Assembly (NCBI GenBank): GCA_030603385.1
Contig: JAUVXW010000044.1
Coordinates: 1-32,616 of the forward strand
From: Promethearchaeota archaeon
GTDB taxonomy: Archaea; Asgardarchaeota; Lokiarchaeia; Sigyniarchaeales; SOKP01
DNA length: 32,616 bases
Direction of reading: 5' to 3'
The position numbers and the translations under genes were made by a program. Below, one piece after another: positions 9,037 through 22,448 of this stretch; the stretch's first letter is position 1, and every line of letters starts with the position of its first letter. The notes beneath the pieces are model-generated. The model was not told the origin of the DNA. It saw only the letters and a program-made list of their open reading frames with translations, and made no database searches.

Positions 9037-9390
9037 CTAATATTTTCCTTTCGGACGTATTTCAGGTTCGATTCCCGCAGATTTTAGCACTTTAATATTA
9101 TTTTCTAAATCTTCGATAGTTGTGCAATAAATTACTTGAAGCGTGTCAAGTTCAACATAAATCTTACCAACAATACCTAAACCCCTTAATTGATTATCTT
9201 TATCAATAAAAGTATGATCTAAATTCATTTTAATAGCTTTTTTTCCGTTTTCTAGCTCAACTAGAGAAGGTTGACAAGCAGTAAACCCAAGACCCCGATT
9301 TTGAATCAAATAATTCATTAAGGCATAATCTAATTCATCATTGATTTCTCCCTGTTTTTGAAGGATCTTAATTACACTTGGATCTTGCAT
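9037..9390 (-). CDS. Hypothetical protein (117 aa)
   Basis: ATG-initiated ORF with coding-like composition; no motif recognised. Confidence 0.75.
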   Translation of the reverse strand: MQDPSVIKILQKQGEINDELDYALMNYLIQNRGLGFTACQPSLVELENGKKAIKMNLDHTFIDKDNQLRGLGIVGKIYVELDTLQVIYCTTIEDLENNIKVLKSAGIEPEIRPKGKY

Positions 9391-9480
9391 ATTAAAAAAA
9401 AAATTTTCTTATTTAGATAAAAATGAGTTAAACTAGTTTTTATTTTTTTGGTTAATCTAATATTTTTAAAAAAAAGATTG

Positions 9481-9505
9481 AAAAATTCTCCCCTGCTCGG
9501 AGAAT
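9481..9505 (-). terminator. Stem-loop followed by U-tract downstream of the DUF211 gene
   Basis: ATTCTCC (9485-9491) / GGAGAAT (9499-9505), 7-bp stem with 7-nt loop, then TTTT on the minus strand. Confidence 0.35.
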
Positions 9506-9554
9506 CGGTTTTTTTTAACCAATATGGTAATCTGGCAGATTTAAATACTGAATA

Positions 9555-9809
9555 TTAATCTGTTTCTTCCCAAATAACCTCGTCAACGCTATGGAGCGCA
9601 CAATTCATCGTTTCTAAAACGTCAGTGATTTCTTCTAGTGAGAGATTTATTCCTTCAATATTTATATGTAGTGAAGCAGTTTTTTGATCTAACTCATCAA
9701 CTTTAATACTAACTTTATTTACTCCATTTATGTCCATTATAGTACGAGCTAGTAAGTCCAATCCCGGTTGATGAGGCTTTAAAATGTCCAAAAGGTACTG
9801 TACTTTCAT
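9555..9809 (-). CDS. DUF211-family small protein
   Basis: LDILKPHQP ... V.E.D..T ... IEG ... LHSVDEV pattern typical of archaeal DUF211. Confidence 0.8.
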   Translation of the reverse strand: MKVQYLLDILKPHQPGLDLLARTIMDINGVNKVSIKVDELDQKTASLHINIEGINLSLEEITDVLETMNCALHSVDEVIWEETD

Positions 9810-9892
9810 TTTATTAGTTTAAACCTACAAATGTTATTGAATAATAATAGCTTTAGTAGTTATTTTATATTCTTTTTGGTTATTTATAAAAG

Positions 9893-10582
9893 TTACTCAA
9901 CAGCTTCTATTAATTTCAACGGGATTTCATTAAGTTGAATAATTTTATCAGCCTTTTTCATGGATTCTCCTGTGAAAAAATTAGGTTTTTTAGTGTTTAG
10001 AGCAATAGAATAAGCACCAACATTAATCGCAGCTTCTATATCACGACTAGAATCTCCGATAACTAATGCTTCACTAGGATTAATTTTCAATTTGTTACAT
10101 ATATATGTTAAATGCTTTGGATGAGGTTTTAGATTATTAACATTATCTCGTCCGACAATCAATTCAAAGAATTGCGTTAAATTAACTGTCCTAAGAGAAA
10201 TTTCTGCGTTTTTTCTTTTATTAAAAGTAAAGATTGCCTGTTTTAACTTTTTAGCTTTAGCATATTCTAATACTTGATTTATTCCTTTTACCATTATAGC
10301 CTTTTGAGCGGCCTCGTGTTCTACCTTAGTAATTACACTATCAACTTCATTTACAATTTTTTCTATCTTTTTTTCAGAAAATCCTTGTGTATTGAAATAA
10401 TCCCTTGATTTAGCGACATTATCTAGAATAGAAAACTCTACAGAAAGGAAAGGTTTAGGGACACCATATTTTTTTAAAATTTTTATAGCTTCATGACGCG
10501 CTCTTAGAAAATCAATATTAAAATAAATAAGGGTACCATCTAGATCCCATATAATTGCTTTAATACGTTTTCTCTTTTGCAT
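9893..10582 (-). CDS. HAD-superfamily hydrolase (phosphoglycolate phosphatase-like)
   Basis: Motif I WDLDGTL, KPHP, motif IV IGDSSRDIEAA. Confidence 0.92.
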   Translation of the reverse strand: MQKRKRIKAIIWDLDGTLIYFNIDFLRARHEAIKILKKYGVPKPFLSVEFSILDNVAKSRDYFNTQGFSEKKIEKIVNEVDSVITKVEHEAAQKAIMVKGINQVLEYAKAKKLKQAIFTFNKRKNAEISLRTVNLTQFFELIVGRDNVNNLKPHPKHLTYICNKLKINPSEALVIGDSSRDIEAAINVGAYSIALNTKKPNFFTGESMKKADKIIQLNEIPLKLIEAVE

Positions 10583-11155
10583 TTAGTATACCAAATCAGT
10601 GTAAATTGGACCTTTTTGTGTTAATTCAGACTTTTTAAGCTTAATTTGGTTTATTGTAAATTCTCCAAATTCTGTATTTTTGTTCTCATTGATTATTTTT
10701 TTAAACGTATCGAAAGTTTTGTAATTAATTTTCTCTTTTCTAAGCCTTCCAATAGTCAAGTGTGGTTTAAATTGCTGTCTTTTATCACGATCAATCTTTA
10801 ATCTTTCATAAAGTAAGTTTTCAACTAAATCTTTAATTTCTTGCAATAAAGCAATATTCCCAATAAGTTTTATCCATAAAACAGAAAATCGATTAAATTG
10901 ACCAACACCCTTAAGGTAATATCTGAGATTTTTCCCTTGAAAGATATTTTTGTTAATATCATCGTTTAAAATTGCATAAATCTTAGGTGCTAATGTTTCA
11001 GGAATATTACCCAAGAATTTAACAGTCATATGTAAATTATTAAGCTTTACTAGTTTAAGCTTTGGTTGATTTTGCTTTAATCGAGAAGAAAAAGAATCGA
11101 TATTCTTAATAGTGTCTTCATCTTCTAATTCAAGAGCGATGAAAGATCTAATCAT
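10583..11155 (-). CDS. thpR: RNA 2',3'-cyclic phosphodiesterase (2H phosphoesterase, LigT/ThpR)
   Basis: RSFIAL start, two HxT motifs (LHMTVKFLG, FKPHLTIGR), C-terminal KKSELTQKGPIY. Confidence 0.92.
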   Translation of the reverse strand: MIRSFIALELEDEDTIKNIDSFSSRLKQNQPKLKLVKLNNLHMTVKFLGNIPETLAPKIYAILNDDINKNIFQGKNLRYYLKGVGQFNRFSVLWIKLIGNIALLQEIKDLVENLLYERLKIDRDKRQQFKPHLTIGRLRKEKINYKTFDTFKKIINENKNTEFGEFTINQIKLKKSELTQKGPIYTDLVY

Positions 11156-12284
11156 TTTTTTCCCAATAATGAAAAATCCTCCATTGTTTATTTTTTAATT
11201 GTTTTTTTTGCTCGGGAATAATATTGATTTCATTCAAATCTTTTATTGAAGTAGATTTTATGATATTTATTATATTTTTTAAAAAAATAATATTCATTTT
11301 CCCCCTAGTATTTGCATCAGCTGAAGCATTATGGGGAATAAGAATTATTCTCATTTCTGGTTGAGCCTTTTTTATTTTTTTTAAGCGTTTTAGAGTTTTC
11401 ATATCAACTGGTTCTATAGGATATACATCAAGAGCTATATTAATCTTAATTTCGTTATTTTCTAACATATCTAATAAAACTTCCAAATCCAAAACGCCTC
11501 CTCGGGCGGTGTTTACGAGTAAAGCATTTCTTTTCATTAAAATTAATAAAGAGCGACTAACTAATTTCTCTGTATATTTATTTAAAGGAATATGCAAACT
11601 AAGGATATCTGATTCTCTAAAAACATCTTCAATATTCTCTTTAAATTCAATTAAAGGGTATTTTTCTTCAAAATCTTTCATTTGTTTAATATCATAATAA
11701 AGAATTTTAACACCCCAACCATATAATTTCTTCACTAATTCCTTTCCAATCTCTCCCAATCCCACAATTCCAAGGATTTTGTTAGTAATTACTGATGAAA
11801 GAGATTTGTCTAAATCCCATTTATCAGTTGCAGTCCATTGGTTATTCCACATATAATTGTGAAGATCAATCAAGTTCCTTAAATTTGCCATAATTATGGC
11901 TATGGTGTAATCTGCTACTGTTTCGTGGAGGACTCCGGGTGTATGTGTTATTAATATATTATCTTTCTGTGTTCTTTGAATGTGATTAAATCCTGCTGTT
12001 GATGTAGAAATAGCAAAAACTCTTGATTTTTCCAACATTTCTGAGGATAATTGATGACTTAAGTGACATCCAAGGATGTCAGGGTTGAATTTTTCAACTT
12101 CTTTTTGCAGCTGTTCTTCTGATGGAAATCTCCCATTGAAAACTTTTAATTCTGAGAGTTTATCTAATTCTTGCCATAAATCCTTAATGTATTTACGAAG
12201 TTCTTGAGAGATTTTTTCATTAGATCCAATTTCTTTTTCTGAGAAAACATTTGAAGTAAGAAATACTTTAGGTTTATATGCCAT
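11148..12284 (-). CDS. D-isomer-specific 2-hydroxyacid dehydrogenase (glyoxylate reductase-like)
   Basis: THTPGVLHETVAD, Rossmann GIVGLGEIG, SLHIPL, LVNTARGGV, ALDVYPIEP, PHNASA. Start taken at ATG 12284. Confidence 0.9.
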   Translation of the reverse strand: MAYKPKVFLTSNVFSEKEIGSNEKISQELRKYIKDLWQELDKLSELKVFNGRFPSEEQLQKEVEKFNPDILGCHLSHQLSSEMLEKSRVFAISTSTAGFNHIQRTQKDNILITHTPGVLHETVADYTIAIIMANLRNLIDLHNYMWNNQWTATDKWDLDKSLSSVITNKILGIVGLGEIGKELVKKLYGWGVKILYYDIKQMKDFEEKYPLIEFKENIEDVFRESDILSLHIPLNKYTEKLVSRSLLILMKRNALLVNTARGGVLDLEVLLDMLENNEIKINIALDVYPIEPVDMKTLKRLKKIKKAQPEMRIILIPHNASADANTRGKMNIIFLKNIINIIKSTSIKDLNEINIIPEQKKQLKNKQWRIFHYWEKND

Positions 12285-12414
12285 ATTCATGACCAATATT
12301 ATCGAACATTTGAATTTTATTGATAAAATATTCTATTTTTAATTTTTTCTTATTATCAATATTTATTAAAACTAAATCTAATTTATATTTAAAATATAAT
12401 AATAGTGGTAGAAA

Positions 12415-12573
12415 ATGGCAATAATCAAATGTCAGAAATGTAAAAAAGATATTATTGGGGGCGCAAAAATTCAATATTTTGATATTAAGGAGCCTACTAC
12501 TATTCATGTTTTTTGTTCTGAGGATTGTAAAGAAAAGTGGATTTCTTCTCAAAAAAAAAAAAAAAAGAAATAA
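12415..12573 (+). CDS. Small TRASH/FCS-type zinc-finger protein (52 aa) with poly-Lys tail
   Basis: Below the ORF-track cutoff. Hand translation MAIIKCQKCKKDIIGGAKIQYFDIKEPTTIHVFCSEDCKEKWISSQKKKKKK shows CxxC ... FCSxxC. Confidence 0.8.
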   Translation: MAIIKCQKCKKDIIGGAKIQYFDIKEPTTIHVFCSEDCKEKWISSQKKKKKK

Positions 12574-12584
12574 CCTACTTATTT

Positions 12585-13547
12585 TTACCTTTCGATTTTT
12601 TTTGGTAGGTAAAAGTCATATCCTTTCTTAAATAGTTTAGTTTTGAGAAATCTATCAAGTCGTCTCGCGTTTTGAAAAATAACCCATATCATTTTATCGT
12701 TTTTATAATACTTATACACTTCTTCAAACGTGATTGGCATTATTTCGAATTCTTTAGCTTCTTCTCTATAAAACTGATTAATTCTTCTGATTAACCTAGG
12801 TATTATTTCAGGTTTCTGTTCTTTGAAAAAATTTGCAATTAAATCTATTGCTACTAATCTCCAATCGTAATAACGATCTACTACTTCTTGTACAAAGAGA
12901 GCTTTAATTAAAAATCTCAAGAATGATGGAGCACTTTTTAAGAATAATTCTGCTTCCATTGCTTCAATATTGTTTTTCCGAAATAAAGGAGTACTTGTAT
13001 CTAAATAGAGTAATTTTGAAGTTTCATAAACTTTTGGATTATTATAGTCATAATTAACAACAACAAAATTAGATATTTGCCCGTCTATACCGACATCTAA
13101 ATTTGGGTTTTCTCTATTTAGAGTCCACACTTTCTTTAATTCTCTCATAGCAAGAATAGTTAAGGTTTCAATTTCATTATCAGATACGTGGTGAATAACT
13201 TTGTTGCCAACAGCTTTGGGATCAATCTTTTGTTGAATACAATAAAATTTAATTTCGTCTTTATCATTTTTAAACCAAATTGCATCATGTTCAGGAAGGT
13301 TTAAACCAATTTCATCACTTAAAATTCTGCAGTATTCCTTATATGCCCAAATATGTCTTTTAACTTGTTTTTTATTATCAAAAATGGGTATTCTTTTATA
13401 AGCTAAATGTGCTGGATCATCAAGAATTTCAAAAACCAAACTAATCTCCCCAAATCCAAGTATTTTAATAGGTATTTTTCCTCTTTCTGGGTGTATAGTA
13501 TCAAGTGTCTTTTCAAATTCTTTTAATAATTCAATATTAATATTCAT
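12585..13547 (-). CDS. Hypothetical protein, DUF6206-like (possibly kinase-like fold)
   Basis: LGFGEISLVF, AYKRIPIF, GIDGQISNF, YLDTSTP motifs; family name from recognition only. Confidence 0.6.
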   Translation of the reverse strand: MNINIELLKEFEKTLDTIHPERGKIPIKILGFGEISLVFEILDDPAHLAYKRIPIFDNKKQVKRHIWAYKEYCRILSDEIGLNLPEHDAIWFKNDKDEIKFYCIQQKIDPKAVGNKVIHHVSDNEIETLTILAMRELKKVWTLNRENPNLDVGIDGQISNFVVVNYDYNNPKVYETSKLLYLDTSTPLFRKNNIEAMEAELFLKSAPSFLRFLIKALFVQEVVDRYYDWRLVAIDLIANFFKEQKPEIIPRLIRRINQFYREEAKEFEIMPITFEEVYKYYKNDKMIWVIFQNARRLDRFLKTKLFKKGYDFYLPKKIER

Positions 13548-13742
13548 AAGTTATCAATATCCCAAAATAATTTCACTTAGACTTATTTTAACGTTATATA
13601 TATTTAAAATTTTAATAATTATTAATCTCACTTCTTTGGTCGTACTTTTGAAGCGCAAAACATGTAATTATTCTATTCCAATTTCAAATTATTTTTTAAG
13701 CTTTTTAGATTTTTTAATCTACAATTAAATGATAAAAAATAG

Positions 13743-16886
<3,144 letters not shown>

Positions 16887-16964
16887 GTTTTTTTAACAAT
16901 ATCAATATTTTATATTATATTCGCAACTATAATTAGATATACTATTAAAAATATTGGTGTTAAG

Positions 16965-17780
16965 ATGGCTCGACCATTATGGTTTGTTAAATTATTGAAA
17001 AAAACGTTCCCAAATATTAAAATTATTGCTAAATTGACAAATTTTCCGATTTTAGGTAAGATTTTTGATTACCTCCTTTTTAGAGGTGATGATATTATTT
17101 ATCTTCCTCAGGATAAAGTAATTGATATTAATATCCCCTTAGGAGAATATAATGAATATGTTTTACCGTCCCAAGTATTAGAGTATTTCATCAATAAAGC
17201 TAAAAACCACTGGATTATGGATTTCTGTATCTGTAGATCAAGTATGAACTGCCAAGATTATCCGATTGATTTAGGATGCCTTTTTCTTGGAGATGCTGTT
17301 CTTGATATTAATCCACAATTAGGAAAATTAGTGACCAAAGAACAAGCATTAGAGCATCTAAGAAAATGCAGGGAAGCAGGTTTAGTTCAGATGATTGGTA
17401 GAAATAGATTAGATGCACAGTGGCTTGGAGTTAATAATGGAGAGAAACTCTTGAGCATATGCAATTGTGATCCTTGCTGTTGTTTATGGCGTGTGTCTTC
17501 AATCTTAGCCCCAAAAATAGGGTCAAAGATAAAGAAAATGCCAGGAGTGGTTGTGCAAGTATCTGATAAATGTGTTGGATGTGGTACGTGCCTAAAAGAT
17601 ATATGTTTTGTCAATGCGATAAGTTTAAAGGATAATCATGCGGTTATTAGTAAAGAATGTAGAGGGTGTGGTCGATGTGTTAATATCTGCCCACAAAATG
17701 CAATTGAATTACATATTGATGATGAAAAATATATAGAGAAATCTATACTAGAATTGGATAATATTGTAGATGTTGCTTAA
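16965..17780 (+). CDS. 4Fe-4S dicluster ferredoxin-domain protein
   Basis: CICR/CNCDPCCC cysteine cluster plus C-terminal CVGCGTC...C and CRGCGRCVNICP. Confidence 0.88.
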   Translation: MARPLWFVKLLKKTFPNIKIIAKLTNFPILGKIFDYLLFRGDDIIYLPQDKVIDINIPLGEYNEYVLPSQVLEYFINKAKNHWIMDFCICRSSMNCQDYPIDLGCLFLGDAVLDINPQLGKLVTKEQALEHLRKCREAGLVQMIGRNRLDAQWLGVNNGEKLLSICNCDPCCCLWRVSSILAPKIGSKIKKMPGVVVQVSDKCVGCGTCLKDICFVNAISLKDNHAVISKECRGCGRCVNICPQNAIELHIDDEKYIEKSILELDNIVDVA

Positions 17781-17799
17781 TTCTAGAGTGTTAAGATCT

Positions 17800-19239
17800 T
17801 TACTCCCAAAACATATTTTTTAGTTTCAGGTTATCTATTCTAGTTCTTTGTTTTAATGCTGACACTGCTTGAACAGTTTCTTTTATTGAATGAAAAACTG
17901 GTACATTTGTCAGTTCTAATGATTCTATTATCAATGAATATTTTAGAACATAAGGAACAAAACAAACAACAGGTTTATTTTTAGATGCGATAATATTTGC
18001 GACTCTTCTTCCAATTTGAAAGGAGATGTTAGGAGGATAAGGAAGTAGAAGTAAAATAATGCATTCAATTCTTTCAACATCAGACAAATACCGAATTATA
18101 TTTTCAATATCCGTATCTAATACTGAGCCGGTTAAGTCTATAGGGTTATTAAATGAAGCAATTTCTGCTGCAACAGGATTCATTAAACTTTTTAAATCTC
18201 TCTTTTCTTGCTGAGAAAACCGCACAGCATTCAATCCATATTTTTTTAACATGTCTGATGCTAATACTGCATGCCCTCCAGAAACAGATACTATTGCTAC
18301 ATCACCAAAAGTTATAACATTATCTCCAAATGGGTTTCTTTTTTTTGCCAATATGTCAAAAACCTTTAAACATGTTAATAATTCTCGTTCTGAATGGGGT
18401 TGGATGACATAATGTTGCCTTAGTGCATCGTAAATAATTTTATAATTCCCTGCTAAACTCGCTGTATGTGATTGTGTCGCCACTTTCCCTTCTCTCGTTT
18501 TACCTCCAAAAAATACTATCACTGTATCTTCTGACTCTTTTGCTAGCTGTAAAAAATCTCTCGCTCTACCTTCTTTAAATCCTTCTAAATAAAAAGCGAT
18601 ATTTGTTGTTTCTGGATCTACTCGACTGAAGTATTCTAATAACATTACCTCATCTACGACTGCACGATTACCTATTGAAACCGCAGTTGATACTCCTATG
18701 TTTCTTTCGTTGAATTTCACAAAAAACTGATCGACTAAGACCCCCCCACTCTGGCTTATTAGTGCTACGGACCCCTTAGGGGGTCTTGTGATACGTTCTG
18801 TAGGCAAAAAGATTGTATCTACAATTGGAGGAGCATAAACACCGAGACAATTTGGTCCAAGCACCGCAATATCATTTTCAAATGCGATTTTCTCAAGGTG
18901 CTCTTGTCTCTTCTTACCTTTTCCACCAATTTCAGCAAATCCTCCCCCAATTATTACACTTGCAGGTATCCCAAGATCACCACACTCTTTGATATATTCT
19001 AAAGTGTCATCAGGTCCAACTGCAATCACGAGAAGGTCTGGAATTTCAGGTAATTTATCTAAACGTTCATATAGTTGAATTCCCTCAATTTCTCCTCCAT
19101 TTGGATATATACCATAAACCTTTACTTCCATTTCAAATTCATTTTTTAATAAAACTATTCGACCTGGGCTAAGAGGATTTTTCTTACTTATTCCTACTAC
19201 AGCAATCGATTTAGGTCTAAATAATTTTTCCAAATCCAT
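17800..19239 (-). CDS. ADP-forming acyl-CoA synthetase alpha subunit (CoA-binding protein)
   Basis: LFRPKSIAVVG, GGFAEIG, LGPNCLG, ISQSGG, phospho-His SHTASLAG, SGG, NPIDLTG. No ATP-grasp beta subunit in the window. Confidence 0.9.
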   Translation of the reverse strand: MDLEKLFRPKSIAVVGISKKNPLSPGRIVLLKNEFEMEVKVYGIYPNGGEIEGIQLYERLDKLPEIPDLLVIAVGPDDTLEYIKECGDLGIPASVIIGGGFAEIGGKGKKRQEHLEKIAFENDIAVLGPNCLGVYAPPIVDTIFLPTERITRPPKGSVALISQSGGVLVDQFFVKFNERNIGVSTAVSIGNRAVVDEVMLLEYFSRVDPETTNIAFYLEGFKEGRARDFLQLAKESEDTVIVFFGGKTREGKVATQSHTASLAGNYKIIYDALRQHYVIQPHSERELLTCLKVFDILAKKRNPFGDNVITFGDVAIVSVSGGHAVLASDMLKKYGLNAVRFSQQEKRDLKSLMNPVAAEIASFNNPIDLTGSVLDTDIENIIRYLSDVERIECIILLLLPYPPNISFQIGRRVANIIASKNKPVVCFVPYVLKYSLIIESLELTNVPVFHSIKETVQAVSALKQRTRIDNLKLKNMFWE

Positions 19240-19556
19240 TTTAAACAAAAATTAATAGTGGTTTCTTTTAACGTATATAAGTTTATAGATTCAAGTCATA
19301 TTTATTTTTGCCCTAATTTAGAATTTCAATATAAAATGAGTATAAGAATTTAAAAAAAATGAAAAGGAAATTATTAACTTTTTATAATATCCCTAAAAAT
19401 GTTTATTTAATTTATTATTGTAGAGCTTTCATAGTTCGAAATCAAGAATTTTTTATGATAATATATTAACAGGTTTAACTATGATTTTCTGAAATTAAAT
19501 ATTTATTAAGGAAGAAAGAGATAGTAGATCAATTTAATTATTCTTAGGAATTCAAA

Positions 19557-20983
19557 ATGAACGAAAAAAAAAAAGAGAATGTAGAAAGTTTTTCTTTTAA
19601 AAAGCTGCTAGTTATTCTACAGGACAAATTGCGGATCAAGCTGCATATCAAACATTCACATTTCTAGTGTTTACATTCTATTTTGCTGTAGTACAACTCA
19701 GTATTACTTTAATTACAATTGGTTTCATAATTTGGGCGGTATGGAATAGTTTCAACGACCCCATGCTAGGTTACTTATCAGATAGAACACACACAAGGTT
19801 TGGGCGTCGTTTACCATATATTATGATAGCATTTATCCCTCTTGGTTTAATTATGTTTTTTTTATTTACACCACCATTTTCTATAGGAGAAGCGAATCAG
19901 ATTGGTAATTTTATTTATTTCATGATAATTATAATTTTATTTGAATTCTTCTATACTATGTTTAGTCTTAACGCTACATCGTTGTTCCCCGAAACGTTTA
20001 TTTCTGAGGATGAAAGAATAAAAGCTAACAACGTACGACAGTCATTTTTAATTGTAGGATTAATGGTAGCTTTTATATTACCCGGTTTGTTTACTGGTGA
20101 TTATACACCATCTACTTCTACAGAGAAGACTAAAGCATTAGGAGAATTTCAAATGTTCGGAATAGTGGTCGCCATTTTCATTATTGTAATTGGTGGAGTT
20201 TTTATAAAATTCACTCCCAGAGAAAAAAGAGAATTTAAAGAGGATTATAAACAAGCACCAGGTTTCTCTAATTCTATAAAGATGTGTATAAAAAGTAAAT
20301 CATTTATATGGTATATTCCAGCTGAAATTGCTAATTGGTTTGTTTATGGAATTCTACCTACGTTAGTACCTCTTTATGCAAAAGCGGTCCTTGGTATGGA
20401 AGACGCTATTATGGTTTCAATGCTTTTAGGACTAACTTTTATATCCTCCGTAATATTTATAACCTTTTTATGGAAACCAATAGTTAGAAAGTTAGGTAAT
20501 CGAAAGGCATGGATGATTTCAATGACAACTTGGATCGTGACACTTTTTCCATTAATGTTCCTTGGACCAAATATGGTATTAATAGCAATGATAGTATTCT
20601 TCTTCATTGGTCTAGGATTATCAGGATCTTTATATATTATTGTTCTAATTGTATCTGATATAGTTGATGAAGATGAAGTAAATACAGGAATTCGGAGAGA
20701 AGCAGGATATTATGGAGTCAATGCTTTTTTCTTACGGCTAGCGATCATTGTAGTGTTTATAAGCATAGGCCCCATGTTTATTATTGCGGATTGGGAAGTT
20801 TTTACGCTTCCAGCATCCGCAGAAATTCAATTAACGCTTCGTATTTTAATGTTTGGTTATCCTGCAGTGGCATTAATAATCGCAATATTAGCAATTTATA
20901 AATATCCTTTATACGGAGAAAGACTAAAACAAGTAAAAGAAAAATTAAAGGAAATTCATGAACAAAAGAAATCGAAAATATAA
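19557..20983 (+). CDS. MFS transporter, GPH (glycoside-pentoside-hexuronide) family, frameshifted near the 5' end
   Basis: WNSFNDPMLGYLSDRTHTRFGRRLPY and DIVDEDEVNTGIRREAGYYG motifs. ATG 19557 (MNEKKKENVESFSFK) is out of frame with TM1 (KAASYSTGQIADQAAYQTFTFLVF), which starts right after an in-frame TAA at 19598. Confidence 0.8.
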
Positions 20984-20988
20984 ATTCT

Positions 20989-22299
20989 TTATTTTTTAAT
21001 ATTTTTTAATTTACCAACTCCAATGCGAATCTTTGCTAAAATTCCATCAAGATCGGGTTTTTGAACAATTAAAGGCGGCAGAATTTTGAGAGTATCTTTT
21101 TTATTATTGCAATAATCAAGCAATACCCCTTCTTTTATAATAGATAACATGGCTAATTGGCTATCAGTTTCGCTATGGAATTCGACACCACACATAAGAC
21201 CTCTTCCTCTAACCTCTTTTATTAAATCAGGAAATTCCGCTTTTATTTCTTCTAATCCTTTCTGGAAGACCTTTCCCATTTCCTTGACATGATTTAAGAA
21301 TTTTCGATCTGATTGGATATTTAACATTTCTAGTGCGATAGCACATCCAATATCAGAACCACCAGTAGTAGAAATATGAATAAATGGATCATCTTTATAG
21401 ACCGCTTTTTCGATAAATGGTTTATAACTACATGTAGATAATGGATAAATTCCAGCAGTCATACCCTTTCCCAATACCATAAAGTCCGGCACCACTTTTT
21501 CGTTCGGATACAGTCCTCCATATATTGCCCATAATTCTCCAGTTCTACCAAGACCTGCTTGTACTTCATCTATAATCATCATTGTGCCCTTTTCATCACA
21601 AATTTCTCTTACTTCTGGGAAATATCCTTCAGAGGCAATCAATAAACCTGCGGTAGCGGGAATAGTTTCTAATATAACGCATGCAATATCATCAGTTACG
21701 GCTTTTCTCATAGCATCAATATCCCCAAATGGAATTTGATTATATCCGGGAAGATTCCAAAGAAAAATATCTCTAAATTCTGGATCTCCTGTTGCTAATG
21801 CAAACCCAGTATGACCATGATAACCACCTATAGCAGAAACGCATCCTTTACGCTTTGTGTATGCTCTCGAGAATTTAATCGCGCAATCTATTGCCTCTCC
21901 TCCTGCCACACCGAAAGTAGTTTTACTTATATCTCCAGGCATTAAATCTGCAAGTTTTTTTCCTAATAGGGCTCTTTGTTCTGATAATAGAATATGATCA
22001 CCTATATCTAACCCCCCATCTAAAGCATCTTTAAACATCTGAATAATTCTTGGATTTCGATGACCTAGATTATACACTCCTCCAGAAGTACGACAATTAA
22101 ACATTTCTAAAGGAGGTTCACCAGGTCTCGGACCCTCCAATGTTCGCATTTTGACGCCTTCCCTTTCCCCGGGAATAACTCCTAAACCAAGACTTTTGAA
22201 AAAGCGAACTTTGGGACCATTTACATGCTTAGAATATAGTTTTAGTAATTCTTTTTGAGGTAAAGTACCAATAAATTTCTTCTTAGGATTATCATTCAT
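20989..22299 (-). CDS. Class III PLP-dependent aminotransferase (putrescine/acetylornithine aminotransferase-like)
   Basis: NLGHRNP, GGEAIDCAIK, YHGHT, IIDEVQAGLGRTG, PLP Lys in LGKGMTAG, VRGRGLM. Confidence 0.93.
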   Translation of the reverse strand: MNDNPKKKFIGTLPQKELLKLYSKHVNGPKVRFFKSLGLGVIPGEREGVKMRTLEGPRPGEPPLEMFNCRTSGGVYNLGHRNPRIIQMFKDALDGGLDIGDHILLSEQRALLGKKLADLMPGDISKTTFGVAGGEAIDCAIKFSRAYTKRKGCVSAIGGYHGHTGFALATGDPEFRDIFLWNLPGYNQIPFGDIDAMRKAVTDDIACVILETIPATAGLLIASEGYFPEVREICDEKGTMMIIDEVQAGLGRTGELWAIYGGLYPNEKVVPDFMVLGKGMTAGIYPLSTCSYKPFIEKAVYKDDPFIHISTTGGSDIGCAIALEMLNIQSDRKFLNHVKEMGKVFQKGLEEIKAEFPDLIKEVRGRGLMCGVEFHSETDSQLAMLSIIKEGVLLDYCNNKKDTLKILPPLIVQKPDLDGILAKIRIGVGKLKNIKK

Positions 22300-22448
22300 A
22301 ATTTTAATAAAGAACTTAAAGTTATTTTAAAATTATGAAATTTAAATCAAAATTATAAAAGAAAAAAGGAAATTTAAAAAAACCTGTTAGAGAATTTTGC
22401 CAAATTAGTGTCTTGGTTGATTTCCAGCACCTTAGGCTTGATTCCCCC

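Noticed and set aside
8880-9040. Open plus-strand frame ...FYDDQLITLYYDISKLMWGISDIIEEMNDFVELEKNFAQFL*
   Set aside because: No convincing start or RBS and it overlaps the upstream region of the DUF2299-like gene. At most a gene remnant.
10583-11155. thpR as part of the histone-intron splicing system
   Set aside because: It acts on 2',3'-cyclic phosphates but is a widespread gene in an unrelated operon 3 kb away; no evidence of linkage.
19581-19612. BHB-like fold (GTAG/CTGC) at the MFS frameshift as a second mRNA intron
   Set aside because: Predicted cuts remove 24 nt (a multiple of 3), do not restore the frame and would delete plausible coding sequence.
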